Assembly (NCBI RefSeq): GCF_001457595.1
Contig: NZ_LN831039.1
Location: 2,460,001 to 2,492,000 of the forward strand
Length of the DNA stretch: 32,000 bases
DNA from: Mycolicibacterium smegmatis
Lineage (GTDB): Bacteria > Actinomycetota > Actinomycetes > Mycobacteriales > Mycobacteriaceae
Direction: 5' to 3'
Shown piece by piece: positions 1 to 9,511 of the stretch. Below the pieces are notes generated by a model, which did no database searches, had not been told where the DNA came from, and worked only from the letters and a program-made list of their open reading frames with translations. Every line of letters begins with the position of its first letter. Position 1 is the first letter of the stretch. The position numbers were made by a program, and so were the translations under genes.

Positions 1-608
1 TGGAACACCAGCTTGAGATAGATGTCCAGGCTGTCGGAGTCCGGCCGGTTGGCATGCATCTCGGAGCGGATCGCGATCGCGGAGTAGCCGTTGTACTCCG
101 AGTCGATCTTGAGCGCGCGCTTGATCGGTGAGTAGGCGCCGTCGGCCGCGATCACCGCGTCGCCGTACACCTTCTCACCGCTCTTGAGCACCACGCCGAT
201 CACGCGGCCGTTGGCGTCGAACTCGGGTCCGGCCACCTCGGCGCCCTGGCGTACCTCGGCACCCGCGGACTCGGCGTGCTTGAGCAGCACCGTGTCGAGG
301 TGGGTCCGGCTGACGGTGTGGCCGTGGTCGGGCATCCCGGGCCTGCGCGGGAACGACAGCTCCCATTCGCTGGGGCTGAAGACCGTCACACGGTTGACCC
401 GGTGATAGGTGGCGACCTCGTCGGCCAGTCCCATCTTCTGCAGGTAGCTCACCGCGCGTGCGGTCAGTCCGTCGCCGCACGGCTTGTCGCGGGGGAACTC
501 CGCTTTGTCCAGGACGACCACTTTGGCGCCGGTCTGTGCGGCCTGCCATGCCGCTGCCGACCCCGATGGGCCGCCACCAGCAATGACCAGGTCGTATCGC
601 TGCGTCAT
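1..608 (-). CDS. FAD-dependent oxidoreductase, geranylgeranyl-reductase family (5' part only; the gene runs off the left edge)
   Basis: Absent from the ORF track because it has no stop inside the window. My own minus-strand translation from ATG 608..606 gives MTQRYDLVIAGGGPSGSAAAWQAAQTGAKVVVLDKAEFPRDKPCGDGLTARAV...VIAADGAYSPIK. That shows a GxGxxG FAD fold plus PRDKPCGDGL and DGxxS motifs typical of geranylgeranyl-reductase-like flavoproteins. The frame stays open to position 1. Confidence 0.8.
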   Translation of the reverse strand, partial: MTQRYDLVIAGGGPSGSAAAWQAAQTGAKVVVLDKAEFPRDKPCGDGLTARAVSYLQKMGLADEVATYHRVNRVTVFSPSEWELSFPRRPGMPDHGHTVSRTHLDTVLLKHAESAGAEVRQGAEVAGPEFDANGRVIGVVLKSGEKVYGDAVIAADGAYSPIKRALKIDSEYNGYSAIAIRSEMHANRPDSDSLDIYLKLVF

Positions 609-746
609 GAGCCTCGTCTCGTTGATTGAGTGTCGCTGAAATAGTACCCAAGCCCGCACGCGCCAGTGTGGCGGGAAAACAACCGGCCACCGGGGGTGAT
701 CGCGTGTTGGTGTGCGGTCTGAGCAGGTCAGCACTATCAGGGCGAG

Positions 747-752
747 TACAGT
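747..752 (+). promoter_or_regulatory. Candidate -10 hexamer (TACAGT) for a leaderless TetR transcript
   Basis: TACAGT fits TANNNT and lies 6 nt upstream of GTG 759, the only in-frame start upstream of the HTH. There is no Shine-Dalgarno sequence between them. This is the classic mycobacterial leaderless arrangement. Confidence 0.3.
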
Positions 753-758
753 AATCGC

Positions 759-1496
759 GTGCGGCGAGGGTCGAGATCACATTCCGGCGGTCCGGGGGTC
801 AAGGTTGACGCCCGCAGTGAGCGCTGGCGTGAGCACCGTAAAAAGGTGCGCTCGGAGATCGTCGACGCCGCGTTCCGTGCGATCGACCGGCTGGGCCCCG
901 AGCTGAGTTTGCGCGAGATCGCCGAAGAGGCCGGCACCGCCAAACCCAAGATCTACCGTCACTTCACCGACAAGTCGGACCTGTTCCAGGCGATCGGCGA
1001 GCGGTTGCGCGACATGCTGTGGTCGGCGATCTTCCCGTCGATCAACCTCGCCTCCGATCCGGCCCGCGAGGTGATCCGTCGCAGCGTCGAACAGTACGTG
1101 CGATTGGTCGACGAACATCCCAACGTACTGCGGTTCCTCATCCAGGGGCGGTTCGCCGAGCAGAGCGAGTCGACCATGCGCGCGCTCAACGAGGGCCGCG
1201 GCATCACGCTCGCGATGGCCGACATGTTCTCCCACGAACTTCGCGAGATGGAACTCGACGGCGCCGCCATCGAACTGGCCGCGTTCGCGACGTTCGGCGC
1301 GGCCGCGTCGGCCACGGACTGGTGGCTGGGCAGTAAAGAGGACAGCCCGCGCCGCATGCCCGCAGACGAGTTCGTCAACCACCTGACCACGATCATGGTC
1401 GGCTCCATCAACGGCACCTGCGAGCTGCTGGGCATCCGGATCGACCCGGATCTGCCCCTGCACGAGGGTGTGCAGCGCCGCGAACGCGCCAGTTAG
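759..1496 (+). CDS. TetR-family transcriptional regulator (Rv3050c-position homologue)
   Basis: The N-terminal HTH SLREIAEEAGTAKPKIYRHFTDKSDLF is a canonical TetR DNA-binding motif, and the 245-aa size is typical. The gene is divergent from the flavoprotein gene and upstream of the monooxygenase. A later GTG at 847 is an alternative start. Confidence 0.88.
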   Translation: MRRGSRSHSGGPGVKVDARSERWREHRKKVRSEIVDAAFRAIDRLGPELSLREIAEEAGTAKPKIYRHFTDKSDLFQAIGERLRDMLWSAIFPSINLASDPAREVIRRSVEQYVRLVDEHPNVLRFLIQGRFAEQSESTMRALNEGRGITLAMADMFSHELREMELDGAAIELAAFATFGAAASATDWWLGSKEDSPRRMPADEFVNHLTTIMVGSINGTCELLGIRIDPDLPLHEGVQRRERAS

Positions 1497-1611
1497 TCAC
1501 ACCAGTCACATCGCGCAACTCTCGGGGTGGTCCGAGCGTTGACAGGTCAGCCACCGCGCCGGACACTGGCAAATATCCGGTACCGGCGTTCCCAGGAAAG
1601 GACCTGAAACC

Positions 1612-3111
1612 ATGACGGCTGCCGACCAGCAACCCATCCGGACCCGCGCCCTGGTGATCGGCACCGGGTTCTCCGGGCTGGGCATGGCCATCGAACTGCA
1701 GCGCCGTGGCGTCGACTTCCTGATTCTGGAGAAGGCCGACGAGATCGGCGGCACCTGGCGCGACAACACCTACCCGGGATGCGCGTGCGACATCCCGTCG
1801 CACATGTACTCGTTCTCGTTCGAGCCCAAGGCCGACTGGAAGCACATGTGGTCCTTCCAGCCCGAGATCCAGGACTACCTGCTGGGCGTGACGGCCAAAT
1901 ACGGACTGCGCCGTCACATCCACTTCAACTCGCACGTCGACCGCGCGCACTGGGACGACGAGGAACTGCGCTGGCATGTGTTCACCAAGACCGGCCAGGA
2001 GTACATCGCCCAGTTCCTGGTGTCCGGTGCAGGCGGTCTGCACATCCCGCAGATCCCGGACATCGAAGGCCGGGAGTCGTTCGCGGGCGCGGCTTTTCAC
2101 TCGGCGCAGTGGGACCACAGCGTCGATTTGCGCGGTAAGCGCGTCGCGGTGATCGGCACCGGCGCCAGTGCCATCCAGATCGTGCCGGAGATCGTCAAGG
2201 ACGTCGCCGAACTGCACCTGTACCAGCGCACCCCGGCCTGGGTGATGCCACGCGTCAACAACGCGTTCCCGCAATGGCTGCGCAACGTCTTCAACTACGT
2301 CCCCGGCACCCGCGCGCTGCTGCGCGCGGCCATCTACTGGATCCACGAAGGCGTCGGCTTCGCGATGACCAAAGAGCCGCGGCTGCTCAAGATCGGCGAG
2401 TGGATGGGCCGCTACAACATCAACCGCAGCATCAAGGACCCCGAGCTGCGGCGTAAGCTCACGCCGAGCTACCGCGCCGGGTGCAAGCGAATCCTCAACT
2501 CCGACACCTACTATCGCGGGATCGCCGACCCCAAGACCCAGGTGATCACCGAGGGCATCGCCCGGATGACGCCGACCGGCATCGTCACCAACGACGGCGT
2601 CGAGCATCCCGTCGACATCGTCGTCTACGCCACGGGCTTCCACGTGACCGACTCCTACACCTACGTCGACATCAAGGGTGCCGGCGGCGAAGACCTGGTC
2701 GACCGCTGGAACCGCGAGGGCATCCAGGCCCACCGCGGCGTCGCCGTCGCCGGCATGCCGAACCTGTTCTTCCTGCTGGGGCCGAACACCGCGCTGGGTC
2801 ACAACTCGGTGGTGTTCATGATCGAGCAGCAGATCCGCTACGTCGGGCAGGCCATCGCCGCCGTCGACAAGGCGGGCGCGGCCGCGTTGGCGCCGACCCG
2901 GCGCGCGCAGGACGCGTTCAACGCCGAGTTGCAGCGGGATTTGTCCGGCACGGTGTTCAACACGGGCGGTTGCAAGAGCTGGTACCTCGACGAGCACGGC
3001 GTCAACCGGACGCTGTGGAGCGGCATGACATGGCAGTACTGGAAGGCGCTGCGCCGCCTCGATCCGTCGGAGTTCGAGTTCCTCGACCAGCGGGTTCTCG
3101 CGCGATCCTAG
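1612..3111 (+). CDS. Flavin-containing Baeyer-Villiger-type monooxygenase (Rv3049c-like)
   Basis: It has two dinucleotide-binding motifs (GTGFSGLG and GTGASA) and the BVMO fingerprint FAGAAFHSAQWD (FxGxxxHxxxW[P/D]). A GGAAAGGA Shine-Dalgarno sequence lies a few nt upstream of ATG 1612. Confidence 0.9.
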   Translation: MTAADQQPIRTRALVIGTGFSGLGMAIELQRRGVDFLILEKADEIGGTWRDNTYPGCACDIPSHMYSFSFEPKADWKHMWSFQPEIQDYLLGVTAKYGLRRHIHFNSHVDRAHWDDEELRWHVFTKTGQEYIAQFLVSGAGGLHIPQIPDIEGRESFAGAAFHSAQWDHSVDLRGKRVAVIGTGASAIQIVPEIVKDVAELHLYQRTPAWVMPRVNNAFPQWLRNVFNYVPGTRALLRAAIYWIHEGVGFAMTKEPRLLKIGEWMGRYNINRSIKDPELRRKLTPSYRAGCKRILNSDTYYRGIADPKTQVITEGIARMTPTGIVTNDGVEHPVDIVVYATGFHVTDSYTYVDIKGAGGEDLVDRWNREGIQAHRGVAVAGMPNLFFLLGPNTALGHNSVVFMIEQQIRYVGQAIAAVDKAGAAALAPTRRAQDAFNAELQRDLSGTVFNTGGCKSWYLDEHGVNRTLWSGMTWQYWKALRRLDPSEFEFLDQRVLARS

Positions 3112-3147
3112 GAGTGCTGCGTCCTGCCAGGGACTTCGGCGCGTCCC

Positions 3148-3153
3148 TACGTT
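3148..3153 (+). promoter_or_regulatory. Candidate -10 hexamer (TACGTT) for a leaderless transcript of the SnoaL-like gene
   Basis: The TANNNT hexamer ends 7 nt before ATG 3161. No purine-rich Shine-Dalgarno sequence lies between them. Confidence 0.25.
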
Positions 3154-3160
3154 CGGTGTC

Positions 3161-3721
3161 ATGACGACGAGACCGTGGCGCGCCGGCGCCAGATACATGA
3201 CCTGGATGATCGCGGCGGTGGCAACCATGATGGCGGTCGGCTGCAGTGGTAACGGCAATGCGGAGAAGCCGGACCGCACCGGCCGGCAGCAACGCAACGC
3301 CGAGGTGGTGCGCGACGCGTTCGCGCGTGGTGTCGGGGACCAGAACAGCTTCTATTCGATCCTGACCGACGACGTCGAATGGACAGTGGCGCGCGCCGGT
3401 CGGGAGACCACCTACTCCGGCCGCGAGGAATTCCTGCGCGACGGTGCGGGCCCCATCCTGGCCCGCCTCGACGGCCCGATCCAGGCCGACGTGCGGGACC
3501 TGGTCACCGAGGGGGACAAGCTGGTCGCGTTCTGGCGGGGGACCGCCACCGCGCGTGACGGGCAGCCCTACGTCAACGACTACGTGTGGGCGATGACGCT
3601 GCGCGACGAACGCGTCGCCCGCGTGACGGCGTATCTCGACTTCGTGGTGCTCGACGAGTTGCTGACCCGGGTGACGCCGGCCGACGGCGCGACCGCGCAT
3701 TCCGCCGCGGCGCGCGGGTGA
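3161..3721 (+). CDS. SnoaL/NTF2-like (ketosteroid-isomerase fold) putative lipoprotein
   Basis: The N-terminus MTWMIAAVATMMAVGC is a hydrophobic signal sequence ending in a lipobox-like AVGC. The remainder (VVRDAFARG...DDVEWTV...GREEFL...DYVWAMTLRDERVARVTAYLD) has the SnoaL-like polyketide cyclase/NTF2 pattern. ATG 3194 is an alternative start. Confidence 0.65.
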   Translation: MTTRPWRAGARYMTWMIAAVATMMAVGCSGNGNAEKPDRTGRQQRNAEVVRDAFARGVGDQNSFYSILTDDVEWTVARAGRETTYSGREEFLRDGAGPILARLDGPIQADVRDLVTEGDKLVAFWRGTATARDGQPYVNDYVWAMTLRDERVARVTAYLDFVVLDELLTRVTPADGATAHSAAARG

Positions 3722-3827
3722 TCCGCGGGCGGGCGCACCGTCGGCAGCCGCCGTCGCGAGGTCGCCGGCGGACGGTGAAACGCCACGTCGCGCTTGCGGA
3801 GTTCGCGTGTGAACGCGACACGCCCAA

Positions 3828-3875
3828 CCACAACATCTCGGGGAGCGCCGCGAACTTTCCCACCAGTTGTAGTGT
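3828..3875 (+). promoter_or_regulatory. Candidate tandem NrdR boxes overlapping a -10-like TAGTGT upstream of nrdF2
   Basis: Box 1 is CCACAACATCTCGGGG (3828-3843) and box 2 is CCACCAGTTGTAGTGT (3860-3875). They match the recalled 16-bp NrdR consensus acaCwAtATaTwGtgt at 10/16 and 11/16 positions. Their starts are 32 bp apart, the usual spacing for paired boxes. TAGTGT (3870-3875) fits TANNNT and lies about 50 nt before the start codon. Confidence 0.4.
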
Positions 3876-3904
3876 TGGTATCGTCGCCGAGCGCCGAACG
3901 GTGA

Positions 3905-4912
<1,008 letters not shown>

Positions 4913-4981
4913 ACCCGGTCCACGCCGTGCACGCAGGAACCCCGCAGTGAGCTGACAGCCTGCGCTGCTATCAAATAAACG

Positions 4982-6364
4982 ATGCACCAGCTCATAGCGC
5001 AGATCCCGCTGACCGACGGCTGGTTTCCAGTCGTCGTCCAGCTGATCGGGGCACTGCTGCTGGGGGCTGCCGTCGGATGGCGCACGCGGCGGTGGCGGTT
5101 GCGGATCCTGCCTGCGCTGGTCGCCGCGGCCGCCGTGCTGGCCGGTGTGATGTATCGGTACATCGATTCGATCGGGGTGGCGGGCAACGCCGGACCGCCG
5201 CGGTTGTGGGTGTGGATCGCGCTGACCGTGTTGGCCTGTGGTGTCCTGGTGCTGGGCTGGATGAGTGCGCGGTGGTGGCGGCGGATCGTCTCCGTGGCGG
5301 CGGTCGGGGCGTGTCTGCTGGCCTGCGGGCTCACCCTCAATATGTGGGTCGGCTATTTCCCGACCGGGTACGCCATGTGGAATCAGCTCACCTCGGGTCC
5401 GCTGCCGGGCCAGACGGACCGGCTGACCGTCACCAAGATGCAGCTCGCCCACTTCCGGCCCGCCGGTGGGGTTCTGGTCCCGGTGACCATCGAGGCGGTA
5501 TCAGGCTTCAGCCACCGCGAGGAACTCGTCTACCTGCCGCCGGCCTGGTTCGCCAGCAGTCCGCCGCCGGAGCTTCCGGCGGTGATGATGATCGGCTCGC
5601 AACTGAACACCCCGGCGGACTGGTTACGGGCGGGCAACGTGCAGCCGGTCATCGACCGGTTCGCCGCCGAGCACGGCGGGATGGCACCGGTCTTCGTCTT
5701 CGTCGACGCCACCGGCTCGTTCGCCAACGACACCGAGTGTGTCAACGGCGTGCGGGGCAACGCGGCCGATCACCTCGTCAAAGATGTTGTGCCGTATCTG
5801 GTCTCGAACTTCGGCGTGCGGCCGGATCGCGACGGCTGGGGCATCGCGGGATGGTCGATGGGCGGCACGTGCGCGGTGGATCTGACCCTGATGCATCCCG
5901 ACGTCTTCCGGTCGTTCGTCGACATCGCCGGTGACCTGCGGCCCAACGCGGGGGACAAGGCACAGACGATCAGCCGACTGTGGGGTGGCGACGTCGCCTC
6001 CTGGGCCGCATACGATCCCGTCACCATCATGGGTCGGCACGGCCCGTACACCGGTCCGTCCGCCGATGTCACGGCGTGGTTCGAGGTGCCCGCGGCGCAG
6101 CGCGGCGCGGGCCCCGATCCGGCCAATCCGGAAGGGCAGGACGTCGCCGCGGTCACGCTGTGCGATGCGGCCAGAGCGGTCTCCATCGACTGTTCGGTGA
6201 TCACCGAACCGGGGCGGCATGACTGGGTTTTCGCCAACACCGCGTTCGCCAGGGCCCTGCCATGGCTGGCCGGCCAACTGCACACGCCTGGCGTCGCGGC
6301 TGTGCCGCTGCCTGCGTCTACGTTGGGGCAGCAGCCCACAAACGTCCGGGCGGCCCCGCGCTAG
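4982..6364 (+). CDS. Membrane-anchored alpha/beta-hydrolase (esterase D / antigen-85-type esterase family)
   Basis: About four N-terminal hydrophobic helices (residues ~15-135) are followed by an esterase domain. That domain has the nucleophile elbow GWSMGG and a C-terminal GRHDW histidine motif. Confidence 0.8.
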   Translation: MHQLIAQIPLTDGWFPVVVQLIGALLLGAAVGWRTRRWRLRILPALVAAAAVLAGVMYRYIDSIGVAGNAGPPRLWVWIALTVLACGVLVLGWMSARWWRRIVSVAAVGACLLACGLTLNMWVGYFPTGYAMWNQLTSGPLPGQTDRLTVTKMQLAHFRPAGGVLVPVTIEAVSGFSHREELVYLPPAWFASSPPPELPAVMMIGSQLNTPADWLRAGNVQPVIDRFAAEHGGMAPVFVFVDATGSFANDTECVNGVRGNAADHLVKDVVPYLVSNFGVRPDRDGWGIAGWSMGGTCAVDLTLMHPDVFRSFVDIAGDLRPNAGDKAQTISRLWGGDVASWAAYDPVTIMGRHGPYTGPSADVTAWFEVPAAQRGAGPDPANPEGQDVAAVTLCDAARAVSIDCSVITEPGRHDWVFANTAFARALPWLAGQLHTPGVAAVPLPASTLGQQPTNVRAAPR

Positions 6365-6441
6365 TGCTCGCGGGTGCGGCCGAGGCGTCACCGGGTGTGC
6401 TAACTGTTGACCATGCAGCCAACACAAAGTTCGGCCGCGCG

Positions 6442-7944
6442 ATGACCACCACGACGACCGGGGCCGACATCGAAACGTCCCCGCCACGGTTCGCCCGGGC
6501 AGGGGTGGGCGCGGTCGCCGCGGTCAGCTCGATCGCCCTGCTGGTCTTCCTCGATCGTTATGGCTACTTCGGCGACGAGCTGTATTTCCTGTCCGCGGGG
6601 CGGCGACTGTCTTTCGGCTACGCAGACCAAGGGCCTGCCCTGCCGCTCATCGCCCACGTCCTCGATAGCGTCGCACCGGGCTCGCTGTTCGTGCTGCGCC
6701 TGCCGGCGGTCCTCGCCACCGCGGCGGCGATCGTGATCAGCGCCCAGATCGCCCGCGAATTCGGAGGTGGGCGAGGTGCGCAGCTGCTCGCCGCCGGCGG
6801 ATACGCCACGTCACCGTTTCTGCTGGTCCAAGGCGGACAGCTGGCCACCAACTCGTTCGACATCCCGCTGTGGGTGTTGATCACCTGGCTGCTGGTGCGG
6901 TGGGCACGCACCCGCGACGACCGCCTGCTGCTGTGGGCCGCTGTCGCCACCGCGTTTGCCCTGCAGATCAAGTGGCTTGTCCCCATCCTGTGGATCTGCG
7001 TCGGGTTGAGCGTCCTGCTGGTGGGGCCACGAGAGTTGTTGCGCCGCAGATTCTTGTGGGTCGGTGCTGCCGGCGCCGCGCTCACCACGATACCGATGCT
7101 GGTGTGGCAGGCCGGCAATGGTTGGCCACAACTGGCGATGGGAAGCGTGATCGCGGCCGAAAACGACACGGTGGGCGGTCGGCCTGCGTTCGTGCCGCTC
7201 GCGTTGTTCATCGCCGGACTGCTCGGCGGTGTGCTGCTGCTGTGCGGGGTGTGGGCGCTGTTGCGCTGGGAACCGTTGCGGCCGTTCCGCTTTGTCGGGG
7301 TGACCGTGGTGCTGACGTTCGTGGTGTTCATGGTGCTCGGCGGGCGCGCGTACTACGTCGCCGGCGTCTATGCGGTGGCCATGGCGGCCGGCGCCGTCTG
7401 GCTCACCCGCGATGGACCGCGACGCCGGCGGAAGATCGTCGCGGTCCCGCTGATCGCGGCATCTGCGGCCTTGGCCGGGTGGAGCCTGCCGTGGCAGCCG
7501 GAGCGCGATATCCCGCCGGTGTCGGCCGACGACGGAATGGCCACCTTGACGTACGGCAGATTCGGCTGGCCGGAGCTCGCCGAAGAAACCGCCGCCGCCT
7601 ACCGCGATCTCACCGACGAAGAACGAGAATGGGCTGTCGTGATCGCCGAGTCATATTGGCAGGCAAGCGCACTGGACAACTACCCAGACGGGGATCTGCC
7701 TGCCGTGTACAGCCCCGGCCGGGGTTGGGGATATTTCGGGGCGCCGCCCGACGACGCGACGACCGTGCTCTACGTCGACCGGTACCCCGATACGGCTCGC
7801 GAGTTGTGTGCGCACGTGGACCCGGTCGGCCGGGCCGACGCGCGCCTGGGGATCCCGGGGGTGAGCCGTGACGTGACGATATGGAAGTGTGTCGATCCAC
7901 GACAGCCGTGGTCGACGATCTGGCCTTCCCTTCGGCGCCTGTAA
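6442..7944 (+). CDS. GT-C fold glycosyltransferase (GT39/ArnT/PMT_2-like polyprenyl-phosphate-sugar dependent)
   Basis: The protein is polytopic and hydrophobic. A loop-1 acidic motif FGDELYF follows the first TM helix, as in PMT/ArnT-type enzymes, and the C-terminal ~100 residues are soluble. I place the start at ATG 6442 (MTTTTTGADIE). The track's 6262 start would overlap the esterase gene by about 100 nt and adds only Arg/Ala-rich sequence. Confidence 0.75.
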   Translation: MTTTTTGADIETSPPRFARAGVGAVAAVSSIALLVFLDRYGYFGDELYFLSAGRRLSFGYADQGPALPLIAHVLDSVAPGSLFVLRLPAVLATAAAIVISAQIAREFGGGRGAQLLAAGGYATSPFLLVQGGQLATNSFDIPLWVLITWLLVRWARTRDDRLLLWAAVATAFALQIKWLVPILWICVGLSVLLVGPRELLRRRFLWVGAAGAALTTIPMLVWQAGNGWPQLAMGSVIAAENDTVGGRPAFVPLALFIAGLLGGVLLLCGVWALLRWEPLRPFRFVGVTVVLTFVVFMVLGGRAYYVAGVYAVAMAAGAVWLTRDGPRRRRKIVAVPLIAASAALAGWSLPWQPERDIPPVSADDGMATLTYGRFGWPELAEETAAAYRDLTDEEREWAVVIAESYWQASALDNYPDGDLPAVYSPGRGWGYFGAPPDDATTVLYVDRYPDTARELCAHVDPVGRADARLGIPGVSRDVTIWKCVDPRQPWSTIWPSLRRL

Positions 7945-7989
7945 CGGCACCCCTCGGCTGCCGGGCAGCGCGCTGGGTACCTACCCGCG

Positions 7990-9489
7990 CTACCGGCCGC
8001 GGGTGGGCTGAGCGGCCGTGGACGCCGATGACGACGGCACGGTCGACGGGCGCTCGATGATCGTCGAATTCTTGGCCCCGACACGGTAACTCGCACCGCG
8101 GTGCTCTTCGGCCAGCCGATCGCCTTGACCGATCAGCTTGTGGCGCAGGGTGCCGGGGGTGTACTCGGCCTGGTAGGCGCCGCGTGCGGTGAGCACCGGC
8201 ACGACGTGGTCGACGAAGTCGGCGAACGATCCCGGCGTGATCGCGTACGCCAGGTTGAAGCCGTCGACGTCGGTCTCCTCGACCCACTCCTGCAGCGTGT
8301 CGGCGACGGTCTCACCCGATCCGACGATGCGCGGGCCCATGCCGCCGATCTTGCCCCACTCGGCGATGTCGCCGACCGCCCACTCGCCGCCGTCGGGGTC
8401 GGCGGACTGGAACGCCTCGACCGCGGACAGGATCGCGTTGGAGTCGACATTGCCGACAGGCTCGTCGAGGCCGTAGCGGGCCAGGTCCACACCCATCCAG
8501 CCCGACATGAACACCAGTGCGCCCTCGGGGTCGCCGTAGGACAGGTACTCGGCCAGCTTGGCTGCGGCCTCCTCGTCGGTGGCGCCTGTGATGATCGTCG
8601 AGAGGTTGAAGATCTTCACGCCGTACGGGTCGCGGCCGGCGATCTCGAGCTCACGGCGGATCGTCGTGACCGTCTCACGCAGTAGGGCTTTGGTGGGAGC
8701 CGCGGTGAAGATCGCCTCGGCGTTCTCCGCGGCGAAGCGGACACCGCGCGGCGACGAGCCGGCCTGGTAGATGACGGGCGTGCGCTGCGGTGACGGCTCG
8801 GACAGGTGGATGCCGGGAACGCTGAAATGCGTTCCCTCATGGCCGATGTGATGCACCTTGCCCGGGTCGGTGAACACGCCGCGGGCACGGTCGCGCACCA
8901 CCGCGTCGTCCTCCCATGAGCCCTCCCACAGCTTGTAGAGCACCTCGAGGTACTCGTTGGCGTGGTCGTAGCGCGCGTCGTGGGCCGGCTGGTCGGTCTG
9001 GCCCATGTTGCGGGCCGCGGCGGGCAGGTAACCGGTGACGACGTTCCAGCCGATGCGGCCGCCCGTCAGATGGTCGAGCGTGGACATCCGTCGCGCGAAC
9101 GGATAGGGATGCTCGAAACCGGTTCCGGTGGTGATGCCGAACCCGAGATGCTCGGTGACCAGCGCCATCCCGGACACCAGCAGCATCGGGTCGTTCACCG
9201 GGACCTGCGCGGCGTGACGGATCGCGGCCTCGTCGCTGCCACCGTACACGTCGTAGGTACCGAGCACGTCGGCGATGAACAGGCCGTCGAATCGGCCGCG
9301 CTCCAACAGCTTTGCGAGTTCTGTCCAGTAGGTGAGGTCCTTGTACCGCCAGGACTGGTCCTCGGGATGCCGCCACAGGCCGGGGGATTGATGGGCGACA
9401 CAGTTCATGTCGAAGGCGTTGAAGCGAATCACACGGGTCACCGCACGAGACTGCCAATGCGGGTGCGCCGCGTCACCGGTTGCGCTCAT
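7990..9489 (-). CDS. LLM-class flavin-dependent monooxygenase (NtaA/SnaA/DszA family)
   Basis: IRFNAFDMNCVAHQSPGLWRHPEDQS..Y.DL.YW..LAKLLERGRFDGLFIADVLG is the characteristic N-terminus of nitrilotriacetate-monooxygenase-component-A-like enzymes, and the size is about 500 aa. ATG 9489 is preferred over the track's TTG 9513, which lies inside the upstream terminator stem. Confidence 0.88.
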   Translation of the reverse strand: MSATGDAAHPHWQSRAVTRVIRFNAFDMNCVAHQSPGLWRHPEDQSWRYKDLTYWTELAKLLERGRFDGLFIADVLGTYDVYGGSDEAAIRHAAQVPVNDPMLLVSGMALVTEHLGFGITTGTGFEHPYPFARRMSTLDHLTGGRIGWNVVTGYLPAAARNMGQTDQPAHDARYDHANEYLEVLYKLWEGSWEDDAVVRDRARGVFTDPGKVHHIGHEGTHFSVPGIHLSEPSPQRTPVIYQAGSSPRGVRFAAENAEAIFTAAPTKALLRETVTTIRRELEIAGRDPYGVKIFNLSTIITGATDEEAAAKLAEYLSYGDPEGALVFMSGWMGVDLARYGLDEPVGNVDSNAILSAVEAFQSADPDGGEWAVGDIAEWGKIGGMGPRIVGSGETVADTLQEWVEETDVDGFNLAYAITPGSFADFVDHVVPVLTARGAYQAEYTPGTLRHKLIGQGDRLAEEHRGASYRVGAKNSTIIERPSTVPSSSASTAAQPTRGR

Positions 9490-9511
9490 CGCGATTGTTA
9501 CCCGTGACGGC

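Noticed and set aside
733-752. Inverted repeat ACTAT-N10-ACAGT as TetR operator
   Set aside because: Only 4 of 5 arm positions pair and nothing extends the symmetry. It is too weak to call, and CGCCA-gtg-TGGCG at 661-673 is the better candidate.
175-780. 201-aa minus-strand ORF at the left end
   Set aside because: It is a different frame of the same strand as the real flavoprotein gene (ATG 608, MTQRYDLVIAGGGPSG...). It also runs through the divergent promoter region and is Arg/Pro-rich.
1408-3297. 629-aa minus-strand ORF covering the whole monooxygenase gene
   Set aside because: It is antisense to a gene with unmistakable BVMO motifs. The translation is Arg/Gly/Ala/Val/Pro/Asp-rich with no recognisable motif, as expected for the stop-poor antisense frame of a high-GC gene.
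6262-6441. Longer start for the GT-C glycosyltransferase
   Set aside because: It would overlap the esterase gene by about 100 nt and adds an Ala/Arg/Gly-rich segment with no TM helix or signal sequence. ATG 6442 precedes the first TM helix at a normal distance.
7957-7969. GCTGCC-g-GGCAGC palindrome between the convergent GT-C and LLM genes as a bidirectional terminator
   Set aside because: A 1-nt spacer means only about 4 bp could actually pair, and there are no flanking T/A tracts.
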